Source: Scyliorhinus canicula
Lineage: Eukaryota
Length of the DNA: 64,000 nt
NCBI RefSeq assembly: GCF_902713615.1
Contig: NC_052157.1
Coordinates: 79,549,411-79,613,410, forward strand
Direction of reading: 5' to 3'
The notes beneath the pieces are model-generated. The model was not told where the DNA came from, made no database searches, and worked only from the letters and a program-made list of their open reading frames with translations. The position numbers and the translations under genes are program-made. This document shows positions 24,361 through 37,800 of the stretch, one piece after another. The stretch's first letter is position 1. Every line of letters starts with the position of its first letter.

Positions 24361-25527
24361 AAGGAAATACGCGCGTCCACACACATTAAATTAGCAGAAA
24401 CATGCTCCACTCTGTCATGCACTAATGTACGTCTCGCTATCTTTGATTGATGGAAGCAAGTTACGTCCGAAGGACCGCATCTCAGAACAAAGCGTGTACA
24501 ATTTATCTCAGGTGCCGGTTCAGCAACAAATACATGTTTTGACTCCATTCCAATTTCTAAACTTTATGAAAATATTATAGGTTGCATTATACTTTTTTGT
24601 GCCGTATTAACTCACACTGACACGTTCACTCCAGAAAACCTGGATAAATCAGTTACACTTAAATCACAAATATACTTGGCCTGAGGAAAATATTTTGCAA
24701 GAGGAAGGCACCATTTTTATTTGATACCGTTAAGCCCAAATGCGAGGCCTGAATAAGAATGTGGGTGCGGATGAATGGGGAGTTCATTCCTTCTCAACAG
24801 GAGGTAGAACAAATTTTGTATCACAGTATTTGGAGTGTAGGAATTTTGGAGTCCTACCGATAATATACTCAGTCAAGGGACGGATGGTAACCAGTTAGGA
24901 TATTACGTTCAGGGTGAAACCTTTGGACCTCTCTTGGACACCAAACATAACACCCTGTATCGGTGGGATCATGCAAGACATGGACTGCAACAGTTCAGGA
25001 ACATAACCCACAGCTATCCACTCAAACACGATCATTTTTATAAAACAAATTCTGACATAGAAAGCAACCCCACCTAATTTCAACACTTGATGCATGAAAC
25101 TGCAATAATGCATCAGCTCCATTTCCCCCCACACCGCCCGTCATATCTGGGGAGACTCTAAAACATGTAATCGATTTTCCACATTTTGCAAAAGAGTGGA
25201 AATATTTGAGGTTAAAAGTATTAGAGTTAAATCCTTGACGTTTCAATTTAATCGAATGCATTTTTACAGATCTATTTCGATTCACCTACATCCTCTGGCA
25301 GATCCCTTCTACTGAATATAAATAATTGAATGGGCCGTCTAAATAGATTCCGGTGCAGCCGCCATTTTTTGTTTCTGCACATCTATTTGTTTGACTTGCA
25401 TTTCTTGATACGTCGTCATGTATTTTTGAACGATATTATCATTGTTTGTTTTTTAATTGAATCAATGCTTGTCTTTGTCTTCTGCTCTGAAATCTATACA
25501 TGCTACTTAAATCTATGATAGCCTTCG

Positions 25528-26800
25528 TTATACCAGACGCCCATCCACCCTCTCCCTCTCGCTTTTATACACTGGGGAACCTTCGGAGCCTGTTTCTAAA
25601 TTTGCAGTGCGATCCTGTGTGGTGCACGCCTGCGCATTACATTCGTTGACGTCGCCTACCCCTCGTTCTGTGAGCCGAAGCGCGGAAGTCGCCAAAAAGC
25701 ACGTAAAATGGCTGACCTCTTCCATGCTGAAGCCCTGGAGTGGTTTGATAACTTGGAACTGTTCTGCCTCGTGGGGAGCTTGACGCGCCGTTTCAGCCGC
25801 TTGGATGTGGGAATACCGACTCGTGACGTGTTCATGGAGCAAGCAGGTCTCGATGGCAATCGGGAGGATGAGCTGCTTGACATTAAGGAGCTGCTGGTGA
25901 AGGGGGTCCGACTGAACACGGAAAACGATCTGGTCGCGTATCATGGAGTCGGAGATGGACCTGTAGTTACAGGATTGCGCAAGGATTCGGAGGTAGGTGA
26001 GAAAGGACTGGAAATATTCATCCTTACCCTTCAAACACTACTGGAAGACATAGCGCACGAAACTTTCATTCACCTCGACGTTGAAGTGGCTGACAAACTT
26101 GAGCAGGACCATCTTGAATTTCGATTTATCTTCGCCATCGGCGAAGGTGTGAACATTGAAGATGTGGATGGCATGGTCCCCGGCTGTGGAAAGGAAGAGA
26201 GCAATCTTCCTGGCGTCTGAAGCAGCTTCCAGGACTGTGGGTTCAAGGGAGAGATTGAAGCATTGATTGAAGATCTTCCAGTTGGACCCCAGGTCGCCTG
26301 TGATGCGGAACGGCGACGGCGGGTGGACACTGCCCATGTTGCAGGATGGCTGTATACTTGTGGAAGGCAGATCACTTGCAGGTAGATCTAAGAAGCTCTC
26401 ACATCCTTCAACTATTGGTACCATTATGTGTTGGTTGCTCTGGATCCGTGGAACACATAGAGGCGACCAACACTTAAAATAGTACAACACTATTTTATTA
26501 CACTATAAACTATTGACCATGCTCTTACTGTGGGTTAACACGATGTAAGATTAACTGAAGACCTGTGCCTATCCTAACCAGTCTAATCAGTCAGCACATG
26601 GTGAGAATCTGTGCTGTAAACTGTAAGGATTGTTCTTCTGAAGGCTGCATCCCGAATGTGCACGAAAACGGATGCCCTCTGTATTTCATGAGAGTGTGCT
26701 CTAACTGGTGATTGGCTGCGGTGTTATGCATGTTGATTGGTCCTACTGTATGTCCATCAGTGTGTGTCAGCACCATGATGTACTGGTGCATATTATGACA
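25528..26800 (-). mobile_element. Gypsy/Ty3 LTR retrotransposon 5' part: LTR (26424-26800), PBS (26411-26423) and decayed gag
   Basis: LTR begins TGTCATAA and contains AATAAA; TGGTACC follows directly; gag motifs NWKIF, RKIALFLSTAG, LAQSCNY..DSMIRDQIV. Confidence 0.85.
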
Positions 26801-27111
26801 GTTACATCCAACGTTACGAATTTGCAAATGTTCTCTGCATGTCACGCTGAATCTCTACCAATCACATTAATTCTGCAAATTCGGAGAAATAAATATGTTT
26901 GCATCTGCCCTTCTATATTTCCTTTGCCTTCCAATACTTCAACGTCCAGCGCCTCTCCTCGAGTGTGCATTGACAATTTAATATTTTCTCATCGCCAGCA
27001 AATTGGAAAGTTGTCAACAACCAACCGTTTCGAATCAAGCAAATATGTTCCCCCTGATCACTCTATTTTGCTGTAGGACAAGAAACCACCTCTCAGAAGA
27101 TACGAATGCAT

Positions 27112-27320
27112 GGGCAGCAGGGAGGCGCAGTGATTATCACGGCGCCCAGGTGCCAGGTTCCATGCCGGCTCCAGATCACTGTCCATGTGTAGCACGGACA
27201 TTCTCCCTATGATTTCGTTGGTTTCGCATCCACAATCCTAAGATGTGCATTGGAGGTGGATTAGACACGCTAAAGTGCCGCTTAATTGGTAAAAATGAAT
27301 TGGTACTGTAACTCTTTAAA
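27112..27320 (+). mobile_element. tRNA-derived SINE, decayed
   Basis: GGGCAGCAGGGAGGCGCAGTG...CCAGGTTCCATGCCGGC, AGGTGGATTAGACACGCTAAA. Confidence 0.7.
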
Positions 27321-28185
27321 AACTAAGTGGATGTCAATCGGACAACAAGACATGAAAGGGCGGTGGGAATTTTAGGCTGTTTCTCAATGGCTGTTTGTTC
27401 TTCCCAGGTTTAGTAATCAACGAATTAGCTTTCCACATTCTTTCTAAATTGTTCCTTATATTCTTCATGTCGTTCATTCTCCACCATGGAGAATCGGTCC
27501 TGACGCCTAAATGGCGCAGTCGCTAATTCGACGCCAAGTCGCAATTAGACGTCACTTCGACACTGGTGTCAATGGGTTCCGGAACGCACCTATCGGTATT
27601 CCCTAGAGCCTTCCTAATTCTCACCCATCGATAAATGGAAGGCTCGATTCTCCGTTTCAGTGGTTAAGTTCTGGCTAAAATGGAAAAATGCCGGGCATTT
27701 TACGACATATAAATTGGCGCTGAAGCCTCACCGCTTATTGGAGATATGAGGGGCCTGCAGCAGCGCCGGGCGAAGTCCCGCATCTTGCACCAAAAACGGT
27801 CGGAGAATGGCAGAATCTGTGGCAACGAACACGCGTGGCGACGACATGCAGTGGTTGCGTCGGAATCATAGCGTCGGCTGTGCGTGGAACCGAGCCGACA
27901 AATGCGTCCCCACAGGCCAAACCATGGTCTGCCCTCGCAGAACAATCCCCCTCCCCCGGTCAGCGGCACGGATTGTGGCCGAGGGTAGTGGTGCTGCACG
28001 CAGTCGACAGCTGACATGCCGCGCTGCAACTACTCAGACAACACATCAACCGTGCGTTTGGGAACATGGCCCAACGGGGAAGGAAAGTCCAGGCCAAAAC
28101 TTCCGATAGCGGGCGGCGAGCGAGGAGGTCGCAGGGAGAGGGGCTCCCGCAAGCGCCAGGAAGGAACCCCCCCGACAGGCCGGAC

Positions 28186-28745
28186 GGCGGAGGAGGAGCG
28201 GGCGGCAACGGCGGAGGAGGAGCGGGCGGCAACGGCGGAGGAGCGGGCGACAACGGAGGAGCGGCGGGCGGCAGCGGCGGGCGGCGGGCGGCAGCGGCGG
28301 GCGGCAGCGGAGGAGAAGCGGAGGAGGAGCGGGCGGCAGCTGAGGAGGAGCGGGCGGCGGCGGAAGGCGGAGGCGAGGAGCGACGGCGACAGGGAGGCCC
28401 AGCAGCGGCAGGTCCAACCCCTCTCTCCCCCCCCCCCCCCCCCCCGACGCGGGCCGGGAACGGTGCGGTAGCGGCGGGCCCTCTTCCCCCCCCAAACCAG
28501 CAGCGGGACACCACCTTCCCCCCCCCAATCAGCAGCGGGGACACCAACTCCCCCCCCCCAACCAGCAGCGAGGACACCAACCCCCCCCCCCCCCCCCCCA
28601 ACCAGCAGCGAGGACACCAACCCCCCCCCCCCCCCCAACCAGCAGCGAGGACACCAACCCCCCCCCCCCCCCCCAACCAGCAGCGGGGACACAAACCCCA
28701 ACCCCCCAACCAGCAGCCCCACTCGCCCCTCCCCCCCCCCCCAAC
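28186..28745. repeat. GC-rich tandem repeats in the L1 5'UTR
   Basis: GGCGGAGGAGGAGCGGGCGGCAAC-like units x3; AACCAGCAGCG(A/G)GGACACCAA-poly(C) units, about 6 copies. Confidence 0.9.
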
Positions 28746-29231
28746 TGCAGTGACCACCACGTGGCAAGGACAAAGGGGGACTCTCTCTCTCTCTCTCCTG
28801 GGCGAGTGGAGAGAGAAAACAAAAGAAAAAAGAGACTTATATTTCTGTTCTTTTTTTTTAAAATAAAAACCCAAAAGAAACTGGTAAAGAGAAAAGGGGT
28901 GAAATAAAGGGGTAAAGGAAAGAAGGGGGGAAATAAATTTTTCATTTAAAAAAAAATATATACATATATTTTTATATATATATAAATAAAAGTAAAATAG
29001 GGTGCGGAAAAGGGGGAAAAGAAGAACAAGGAGAGAAGAAACGATGAAGGGGAAGGGGGAGAAAAAAATGCCAGAAGGGACCCAAGAGAAAGGGGGCACC
29101 GGAGGTGGACGGGGCAAAGGGCAAACCAGCTTGGGCGAACGAGTCAACACGCGAAGCAGCGGGAAGAATGTATCGCCGCATCCAAAGGGCTGGACGGGCG
29201 GGCAACCTCTCCCCTGGGGTTAGAGGGGGGC

Positions 29232-30068
29232 GTGAATTGGAAGGAAGCCATTGCAGAGGTGGTGAGGGAGCAGCTGCAGGCAATCAAGGCAGAGTTAAAA
29301 GCAGACACAGAGGCCGCAGCACAGGCAGCAATGACCAGGGCCATGTCAGGGGTGCAGCAGGCTCTGACCAGAATAGAGGAGAAAGTGGATGCCCAAGGGA
29401 AGATACTGGAAGCCCAAGGGAAGATACTGGAAGCCCACGGGGCAACCATTAAAGAGCTGGAGAAGGCAGCGACTGACGTGAGCGACCGGGTCATGTCCCT
29501 GGAGAGGGAAATGGCGAAACTGAGTGCAACACAGGGGAGCCTGAAGGGCAGGGTAGACGACCAGGAGATCAACTCGAGAAGGCAAAACATTAAGATAGTG
29601 GGCCTGCCAGAGGGGATAGAGGGTAGAAATCCCACAACATTCGTGGCTGCGATGCTGGGCTCCTTAGTGGGGCGGGAAACTTTTCCCACCCCACCGGAAA
29701 TGGACAGAGCTCATCGGTCACTGCGCCCGAAGCCCAAGGAAGGGGAAAAACCGAGAGCAGTTATAGCCAGACTGCACCGGTACCGGGATAGGGAGACAAT
29801 CCTGCGCTGGGCCAAGGAGAATAGAGCCTGCAATTGGGACGGGCACGCCATCAGAATCTACGAGGATTTTGGAGCGGACATAGCTAAGAGACGGGCGGAG
29901 TTCAACAGAGCGAAAGCAGCTCTCTATAAGAACAAAGTACGTTTTGGTATGCTGTACCCAGCAAAACTCTGGGTCACATACCAACACAAGGAATATTTCT
30001 TTACAGCCCCTGCCGAGGCGAATAGATTCGTTGAGGAGCACGGGCTGGAAAAACGCCATGGGAAGTAG
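29232..30068 (+). CDS. L1 ORF1p (coiled coil + RRM + CTD); the true start may be ATG 29068 with a frameshift near 29170
   Basis: RRQNIKIVGLPEG, DRAHR, PRAVIARL, IRIYED, LYPAKL. Confidence 0.92.
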   Translation: MNWKEAIAEVVREQLQAIKAELKADTEAAAQAAMTRAMSGVQQALTRIEEKVDAQGKILEAQGKILEAHGATIKELEKAATDVSDRVMSLEREMAKLSATQGSLKGRVDDQEINSRRQNIKIVGLPEGIEGRNPTTFVAAMLGSLVGRETFPTPPEMDRAHRSLRPKPKEGEKPRAVIARLHRYRDRETILRWAKENRACNWDGHAIRIYEDFGADIAKRRAEFNRAKAALYKNKVRFGMLYPAKLWVTYQHKEYFFTAPAEANRFVEEHGLEKRHGK

Positions 30069-30837
30069 GGACGAGGGGCCCATGGCAAGGAGATACGTCA
30101 TGCCGACGGGGGGGTGGGGAGGGGCGAGGCAAAGCCAGCCCCCTCCCCCCTGGCAGGAGCACCCAGGAAAAACAACCCAATGCCCAAGGGCCCGCTCCAG
30201 GTGGGAGGCCAGGCCCCGGCACGAGGGAACGGGAGTACTGGAGAGGGGAGAGGGGAAGGGGGACAGCAACCTCCGAGCGGGGAGCCACCGTGCTAGCAGG
30301 AAAGCTAGCGAAGGGGGCGCGCAACAGAGCAGGGCCGCAGCGCACCCCCAACAGGGGGGAAGGCGCCAGGCAGGGGAGGGGGGGGATCACCCATCAAAGG
30401 TGGGAGAGCAAATGGGGACAGGAATGGGGGAGAGAGGGGCAATGGAGGGGTACACAGGGGTATCCCCGAAAGGGATAGAGCGGGGGGGGGGGGCACTCGG
30501 GGGCGAGAGACCAGGGAGGGGAAATGCAGGGACGAAGGGACAAAAGAGGCCAGAAAGGGAATAGGGCCACAAAGTGCCACAGACAAGGGCTCGAAACAGG
30601 GAACTGCTGCAAACACCCACCCAGTACGGTCTGTGGGTGAAGGGGCCCCCCGGAGTGCAGGGGGCTACCCGCGTGGCGGACACACAGTGGACGGCCATGG
30701 CGGGTGTCCCCGGGACAAGGGGGAACCCCGGAGCGCAGGGACCCGACCGCATGGGGAGAGCAGTGATAGTGGACATCCTGGACGGCCCCCTAACAAAGGG
30801 AAACCCCAGAGGGCAGGGGCGCGTCCACCGGACAAAT

Positions 30838-33800
30838 ATGGTTAACCCCACAGGAGCAAGGGGGCAGAAGCCCCCCACCAGAATAGTCACCTGGAACGTA
30901 AGGGGACTTAATGGCCCAGTGAAGAGATCTAGAGTCCTCACCCACCTTAGAAACATGAGGGCCGACATAGTCTTCCTCCAAGAGACGCACTTGAGGGAGC
31001 AGGACCAACTGCGGGTAAGAAAGGGCTGGGTGGGACAAACCTATCATTCCTGTTATGGGGCAAGGGCCAGGGGGGTGGCGATCCTGATTGGCAAGAGGAC
31101 AATGTTTAGGGCGACAAAGACGGTTACGGACCCAGGGGGACGGTATGTCATGGTCAGCGGGGCCCTGGATGGGGCGCCGGTAGTCCTAGTTAACGTGTAT
31201 GCGCCCAACTGGGACGACACGAGCTTCATCCAAAAGACCATGGCAGAAATCCCGGACATAGCGACGCACCGACTAATCATGGGGGGGGACTTCAACTGTG
31301 TACAGGACCCAACGACGGACAGATCAAACCCCAGAACGGGGAAAACCTCAAACATGGCAAGGGAACTCAGTCACTATATGGAGCAGATGGGAGCAGTAGA
31401 CCCCTGGAGATTCGCCCACCCGGGGGAGAAAGAATTCTCTTTCTTCTCCCCAGTACACAACGTGTACACCAGAATTGACTTCTTTGTGGTGGGGAAAACG
31501 GTGCTTCCAGAGATAGACAAGGTGGAATACTCCGCAATTGTGATATCAGACCACGCCCCACACTACATGGATGTGCGGCTAGAGACGGGAAGGGCCCAGC
31601 GCCCCAAATGGAGGTTGGACGGTGCCTTACTAGCTGACAAGGCCTTCAGCGAAAGGATAGCGCGGGCCATAGCGGAGTACACTGAGATCAACCAAAACGG
31701 GGAGGTCTCACCCTCCACGTTCTGGGAAGCGCTTAAGGCCGTACTAAGAGGGGAAATCATAGCCTACAAAGCGCAAAGAGATAGGGAGGAAAGGGTGGCT
31801 AGGCAGAAGCTGGTCGACTCCATACTGGAGGTAGACCATAAATACTCCGAGGCCCCGACCGTAGAACTCCTGGCGGAGAGGAAAGAATTACAAAGGAACT
31901 TTGACCTGCTCTCCACCAGGAAAGCAGTACACCAACTCCGCCAGGCACGCGGGGCCCTATACGAACACGGAGACAAAGCCAGCCGCCTGTTGGCCCACCA
32001 GCTGAGAAAGCAGGCAGCCAGCAGAGAAATTGCGCAAATCAGAGATACCAGAGGCACGTTGGAAACAGAACCAGAGAGGATTAACAAAACCTTCAAGGCC
32101 TTCTACCAAGAGCTGTACACCTCAGAGCCCCCAACGGGGAAGGCTGGGATGAACCGGTTTCTTGACGGACTGGACATACCAGTTGTGGGAGAGGGCAGAA
32201 AACGGGATCTGGAAGCACCACTAGCACTGGGAGAGATCATGGACAGCATTAGCTCCATGCAGGCGGGGAAGGCGCCGGGACCGGACGGATTCCCGGCGGA
32301 CTTCTACAAAAAATTTGCGACAGCGCTGGCCCCGCACCTGCGGGAGATGTTCACAGACTCGCTAGCTAGGGGCACATTGCCACCCACGTTAGCACAGGCC
32401 TCAATCTCGCTGATACCTAAGAAAGACAAAGACCCAACGGAATGTGGGTCATACAGACCCATATCTCTGCTGAATGCAGACGCCAAAATACTGGCCAAAA
32501 TCCTAGCCAAGAGGCTAGAAGACTGTGTACCTGAGGTGGTCACAGAGGACCAGACGGGCTTTGTCAAAGGTAGACAGCTTACCGCGAACATCAGGCGCCT
32601 GCTGAACGTGATAATGACCCCCTCCGGGGAGAGAACACAAGAGGTGATCGTCTCCCTGGACGCAGAAAAGGCCTTCGACAGAGTCGAGTGGGAATACCTC
32701 ATAGAGGTACTGGAGCGGTTCGGGCTTGGAACAGGGTTCACCGCTTGGGTAAAGCTCCTGTACAACGCACCCATGGCGAGTGTACAGACCAACAATACCA
32801 ACTCCCAATACTTCCAGCTGCACAGGGGCACCAGACAAGGATGCCCACTGTCCCCGCTGCTGTTCGCACTAGCAATTGAACCGCTAGCAATCGCGCTCAG
32901 GGCAGCAAAAAATTGGAGGGGGATCCGAAGGGGAGGTAGAGAGCACAGAGTCTCACTCTATGCGGATGATCTGCTCCTCTATATCTCGGACCCACAAAGC
33001 AGCATGGACGGAATCATCGCGCTCCTGAAAGAGTTTGGAGCCTTCTCGGGCTACAAACTCAACATGAGCAAAAGTGAGATCTTCCCAGTACACCCGCAAG
33101 GGGGGGGGGGGGGCAGCACTAAAGGGGCTGCCGTTCAATCAAGCCCGACATAAATTCCGCTACCTGGGGATCCAAATAGCCCATGACTGGAAAGGGATCC
33201 ACAAATGGAACCTCACCAGCCTGACGGAGGAAGTTAAAAAGGACCTGCAAAGATGGAACACACTCCCGCTCTCCCTCGCGGGGAGAGTTCAGACGATCAA
33301 AATGAACGTACTGCCCAGGTTCCTCTTCCTGTTTAGATCCATTCCGATCTACATCCCCAAGGCCTTTTTCAAAGCGCTGGACAAACTCATCATGGCGTTC
33401 GTATGGGGGGGTAAAAATGCTAGGATCCCAAAGAAGGTCTTACAAAAAACAAAAACCAGGGGAGGGCTAGCCCTCCCGAATCTACAATTCTACCACTGGG
33501 CAGCAACAGCCGAGCGAGTAAGGGGATGGATCCAGGAGCCAGAGGCTGAGTGGGTGCGTGCGGAGGAGGCCTCCTGCATGGGAACCTCCCTCCGGGCCCT
33601 CGCCACGGCAGCACTCCCATCCCCACCCAAAAAACACTCCAGCAGCCCAGTGGTGACAGCCACCCTCCAATCCTGGAACCAACTGCGGCAGCAACTTGGC
33701 CTGACCAAAATGTCGAACAGGGCTCCCATCTGCAACAACCATAGGTTCACACCAGCACTGACTGACGCCACCTTCAAAAGGTGGAGGCAGGACGGGGGGA

Positions 33801-34666
33801 CACTGACAGTCAGGGACCTATACACGGACGACAGGATCGCAACACTGGACGAACTGACAGAGAAGTTTCAGCTAGCTGGGGGGAACGAGCTACGGTACCT
33901 GCAGCTCAAAAACTTCCTACGAAAGGAGACAAGGACGTACCCACAACCGCCACGACAGACACTACTGGAAGACCTACTGGACGCAAGTATCCTAGAGAAA
34001 GGGAACTGTAGTGACATGTATGACCGACTGGTAGATAGGGACGACACCGTACTGGACGCAACAAGAAGGAAATGGGAGGACGACCTGGGGATGGAGATAG
34101 GGTGGGGACTCTGGAGCGAAGCACTGCATAGGGTCAACTCCACCTCCACGTGCGCAAGGCTCAGCCTGACGCAACTAAAAGTGGTACATAGAGCCCACTT
34201 AACAAGAACCCGTATGAGTAGGTTCTTCCCGGAGGTGGAAGACAGATGTGAACGGTGCCAAAGAGGCCCGGCCAACCACGCCCACATGTTCTGGTCTTGC
34301 CCCAGACTCGTGGAGTACTGGACAGCCTTCTTCGAGGTTATGTCCAAAGTGGTGGGAGTGAGGGTGGAGCCATGCCCGATAGTGGCGGTCTTCGGGGTTT
34401 CAGAACAGCCAGATCTATTCCTGGGGAGGAGGGCGGACGCCCTTGCCTTTGCCTCCCTGATCGCCCGCCGTAGAATCCTGTTTGGCTGGCGGTCAGCAGC
34501 ACCGCCCAGAGCTGCGGATTGGCTGTCCGACCTCTCGGAATCTCTCCAAATGGAGAAAATCAAATTTGCCATCCGAGGGTCGGACGACGGCTTCCACAGA
34601 ACGTGGGAGCCATTCATGCAACTGTTCCGGGACCTATTTGTGGCCAATGTACAAGAGGAAGAATAG
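30838..34666 (+). CDS. L1 ORF2p (APE endonuclease, RT, CCHC); one frameshift in the G-run at ~33100-33113
   Basis: TWNVRGL, FLQETH, GGDFN, SDHAP, KAPGPDG, YRPISLLN, LDAEKAFD, GTRQGCPLSP, intact YADD, CERC..HMFWSC. Confidence 0.95.
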
Positions 34667-34842
34667 TCGGGGGAAGGTAGCGGGAGGGGCTACAGGTTCG
34701 GTACGGGGGTTCGATGGCTAGCTAAGGCCCAAAACCAAACTAAATAAACATGTTGGGGGGGGGGGGGGGGGGGGGGCGCAGTTACTACTACGAAGATGCT
34801 TACCTGTAAATATGTATGTTAATTTTTGCGTGTTTGTTTGTT

Positions 34843-34886
<44 letters not shown>

Positions 34887-37800
34887 TTCTTTTTCTCTCC
34901 TAACAATTTGTAATTTGTTCAATATAAAATATGAAAACTGAATAAAAACATTTATAAAAAAAAAAAAACTTCCGATAATGCGCCAATGCCAGTTCAACTG
35001 CGTGTGCGGCAGAATGCGATTACGCATTTGAGAGGGGCAGGGACTCGAAAACAATCATCAAACTGGCTTCGCCCCAGATTTGGACGTCGGTATGGGATCT
35101 CTCAATGGGGAATCCCGACCAGTGTTCCCTGCACCAGGGTACACTTGTGCATTTACATATCGTGAACCAGGCGTTGTGGCTGCCGAGGGAGACACAGAGA
35201 GAGATAGAATAGTAGGGAACTGAGAACAGCGACAAGGGGATGCTGGGCTGGCCACTGGCCAGGCTGCCTGGGGTGGCGGGTGACTGGCAAGTGGTCGATT
35301 GGCTGTGGTGAAACAACACACATATTGGGGTGGTCCACAACCGTTGCCAGGCATTACAGCAACCACCTTGCTGCATACAAATCCAACTTAGCCACTGTCC
35401 TGCATCGTGAGACCAGCTATATGGTTCTCGCACCCCTTCATGCACGCACCCAACCTTCCTCCACACCCTTCTCCACCCATCCAGCCGCCACCCAGTAGTG
35501 GCCGAAGCTGTGGAAAACACTAATTAGCCCCTTAAATGGCTGTGTTGCATATATTTGGAGGGTGCAATGGCAGCAACAGCTACTAGTAGCATCAGAGCCG
35601 GGCGCCAGGGCCAGAGGCCCCCTCGAAGAAAGCGCCCAACATGGTCAGGGCTGTGGGGATGGGGTCTGATAGAAATGCGGGTGCAGACTCGGGGGGCGAA
35701 CATGATTTGGATATCATGTGGCCAATTTCACCTTGTTGGGAACTGTGGTGGGCACCATGCTAACAGAACATGCTAACCTTGCAGACAACGGTTATTAGAA
35801 TTCAACCAGCAAAGTTGGCTTTCCTGTTGGTTGCTGCAGCCCTGGGGCATGCACTGTGGCAGAACGAGGTGGTGGTGCTCGAAGGTTAAGGACAATGATT
35901 CAACAACGGCGTGATCAGCATTTTAGCGTACAACAGAGAGACAGGTGCAGCCGCCCAGGGTTGGGAGCAGGGCGCCCAACAAGCGGAGGAGGAGGTCTAC
36001 CTGTATACTAGCACCACCAGGCATTCGACAGCTGACTGGACCGGCAATGCTGTTTAATACTCTGGCTAAGTAGAGACGTTGTATGAAAAATCGCTCTAAT
36101 CATGACACACCTGGCACTTTGGGGAATCGGAAGGTACAGTAACTTCTGGTACGTGTCATGGTGATGTTCGCCCTGAACTTCCGTGCAATGGGGTACATCG
36201 AGGAGCCAGGTGGCGACCTGTCCGAGGTATCTCAGTCCGTGGTGCACAGGTGCATGCGGGCCGTCATGGGGGCCCTGTATTCCCAGCATGCTGAATACAT
36301 CCATTTCAATGTGAACCGAAACACAAGGTTTACAGGGCGGCAGACTTCCCCGCCATTGCCAGGGTGCAATTACTATTGTCAGGCTGTTATCAACGTGATT
36401 CATGTCCCACTGCGAGGCTCAGCCGATGACATGCTCCTCTACACAAACCAAAAGGGATTCCACTCGATGAACCTGCAGGTGATATATGACCAGCAGCTGC
36501 ACATCATTCATCTCGACACCTGATACATTATTCCTTTACGGAGGCGACAGATTGATGACGAGATCCGCTACAGCAACACACATGCAGCGACGAGGTTCGC
36601 GATCGAATGTTGTTTCGATCTCTTGAACATACGGTTCTCTTGCCATGAGCGCTCTAGACGGACCCTCCTGCATGATGCTGAGATTCTGAGAGGGCCGTCT
36701 GCACAGTGGGTTCATCCTCCACAACATTGCGCAACAGAGGACTGACATGTTGAAGGAGGATGAGGAAACCCAGGCCTCATCCAAAGACGATGATGGAGAG
36801 GAGTGCGAGGATGGGCAGCACATTCGAGTCCAGGCAGGCAGGGGAGGCCGCACGACGTGTACGCGAGGCTCAACTCCCAAGGAACGTTCGACTCGCCTCC
36901 AGGTCCAGCAACTAGAGGAATTTGCTGGGTGGGAAATGGCCAGGGACAAGGAGACCGCATCCATCACACACCGAACCACTGACTGACCGAACCCCAACGC
37001 TAAACCTCCCGCCCCATCCAACACGGACCCCTCCACTCGCCTGCAACCTTCTCCCCTGATACATTCCTGCTGCATTAATGGATGGCTGCCCTGGGTTCGT
37101 AGTTACAGCAGGTCTGGTCCTTCGAATGGTGGATGATACCAATGCGATGACTTCTGCCCACGATAGCACATTACAGCGACCACCTGGTGACCACCGGGTT
37201 TCCGCGGCACAGGCCCCAACATCTTGCCCTCCATGAACAGCGCGATGGCCTCTGGGCAACTTCATAGAACGTGAGTGAGAGTAGAGCTATCCCCTGAGGC
37301 TCCCCGCTACCTGGTTGTGCGTCCATCACAGGATGCCATTGCATTTCTGTGGTGATGGAGGTGGGGACGATCGGGCGGCTGCTGTATGCAGCACAGGCCA
37401 CCCAGTGTCCACATATTCTTCCTCACCCGACATCGGTCCCTTCCCGCAGAACCAGTCCAAACATGTCCACCACTCACGCCGTTCTGAGAGAGCACCGAGA
37501 AAGGTTGTAACCGTGGCAAGAGGTGTTTAATGTGAACAAATATGTACAGATTTGTACCGTATCCCCTATAAGCAAAATGTGCCCTGCACTCTTGCCAAGT
37601 AAACTGGGGTATAACTTCCTTACCTAATGGAACCTAATGCTACTGCGAGGTGTTTGTCCAGATGGTACAGCGGGAATGATGGCGATCGGCTGTAATTCCA
37701 GCCTTTTAATCTGGGTCCCCGTTGATGCACATCTTTTGAAGCCACCGGGTCTGGATTGGCCCGGATGCTACTAGGTTGTTCTGCGTCGCGTGGTGCCGCT

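Larger units (their letters stand above)
28109..34964 (+). mobile_element. Young full-length L1-clade LINE (~6.86 kb) with TSD and poly(A)
   Basis: TSD AAAACTTCCGATA at 28096-28108 and 34965-34977; GC-rich 5'UTR, ORF1, ORF2, AATAAA and A-tail. Confidence 0.97.

Noticed and set aside
25286-25311. Segment encoding EGICQRM with splice-like flanks
   Set aside because: 26 nt (not frame-preserving) and ends in TAG in the motif frame.
28495-28745. Regular repeat-spacer pattern superficially like CRISPR
   Set aside because: Spacers are poly(C) homopolymers inside a vertebrate L1; no cas genes.
27960-29283. Long Gly/Pro/Arg-rich ORFs on both strands (up to 396 aa)
   Set aside because: GC-rich tandem repeats in the L1 5'UTR; open frames are expected by composition.
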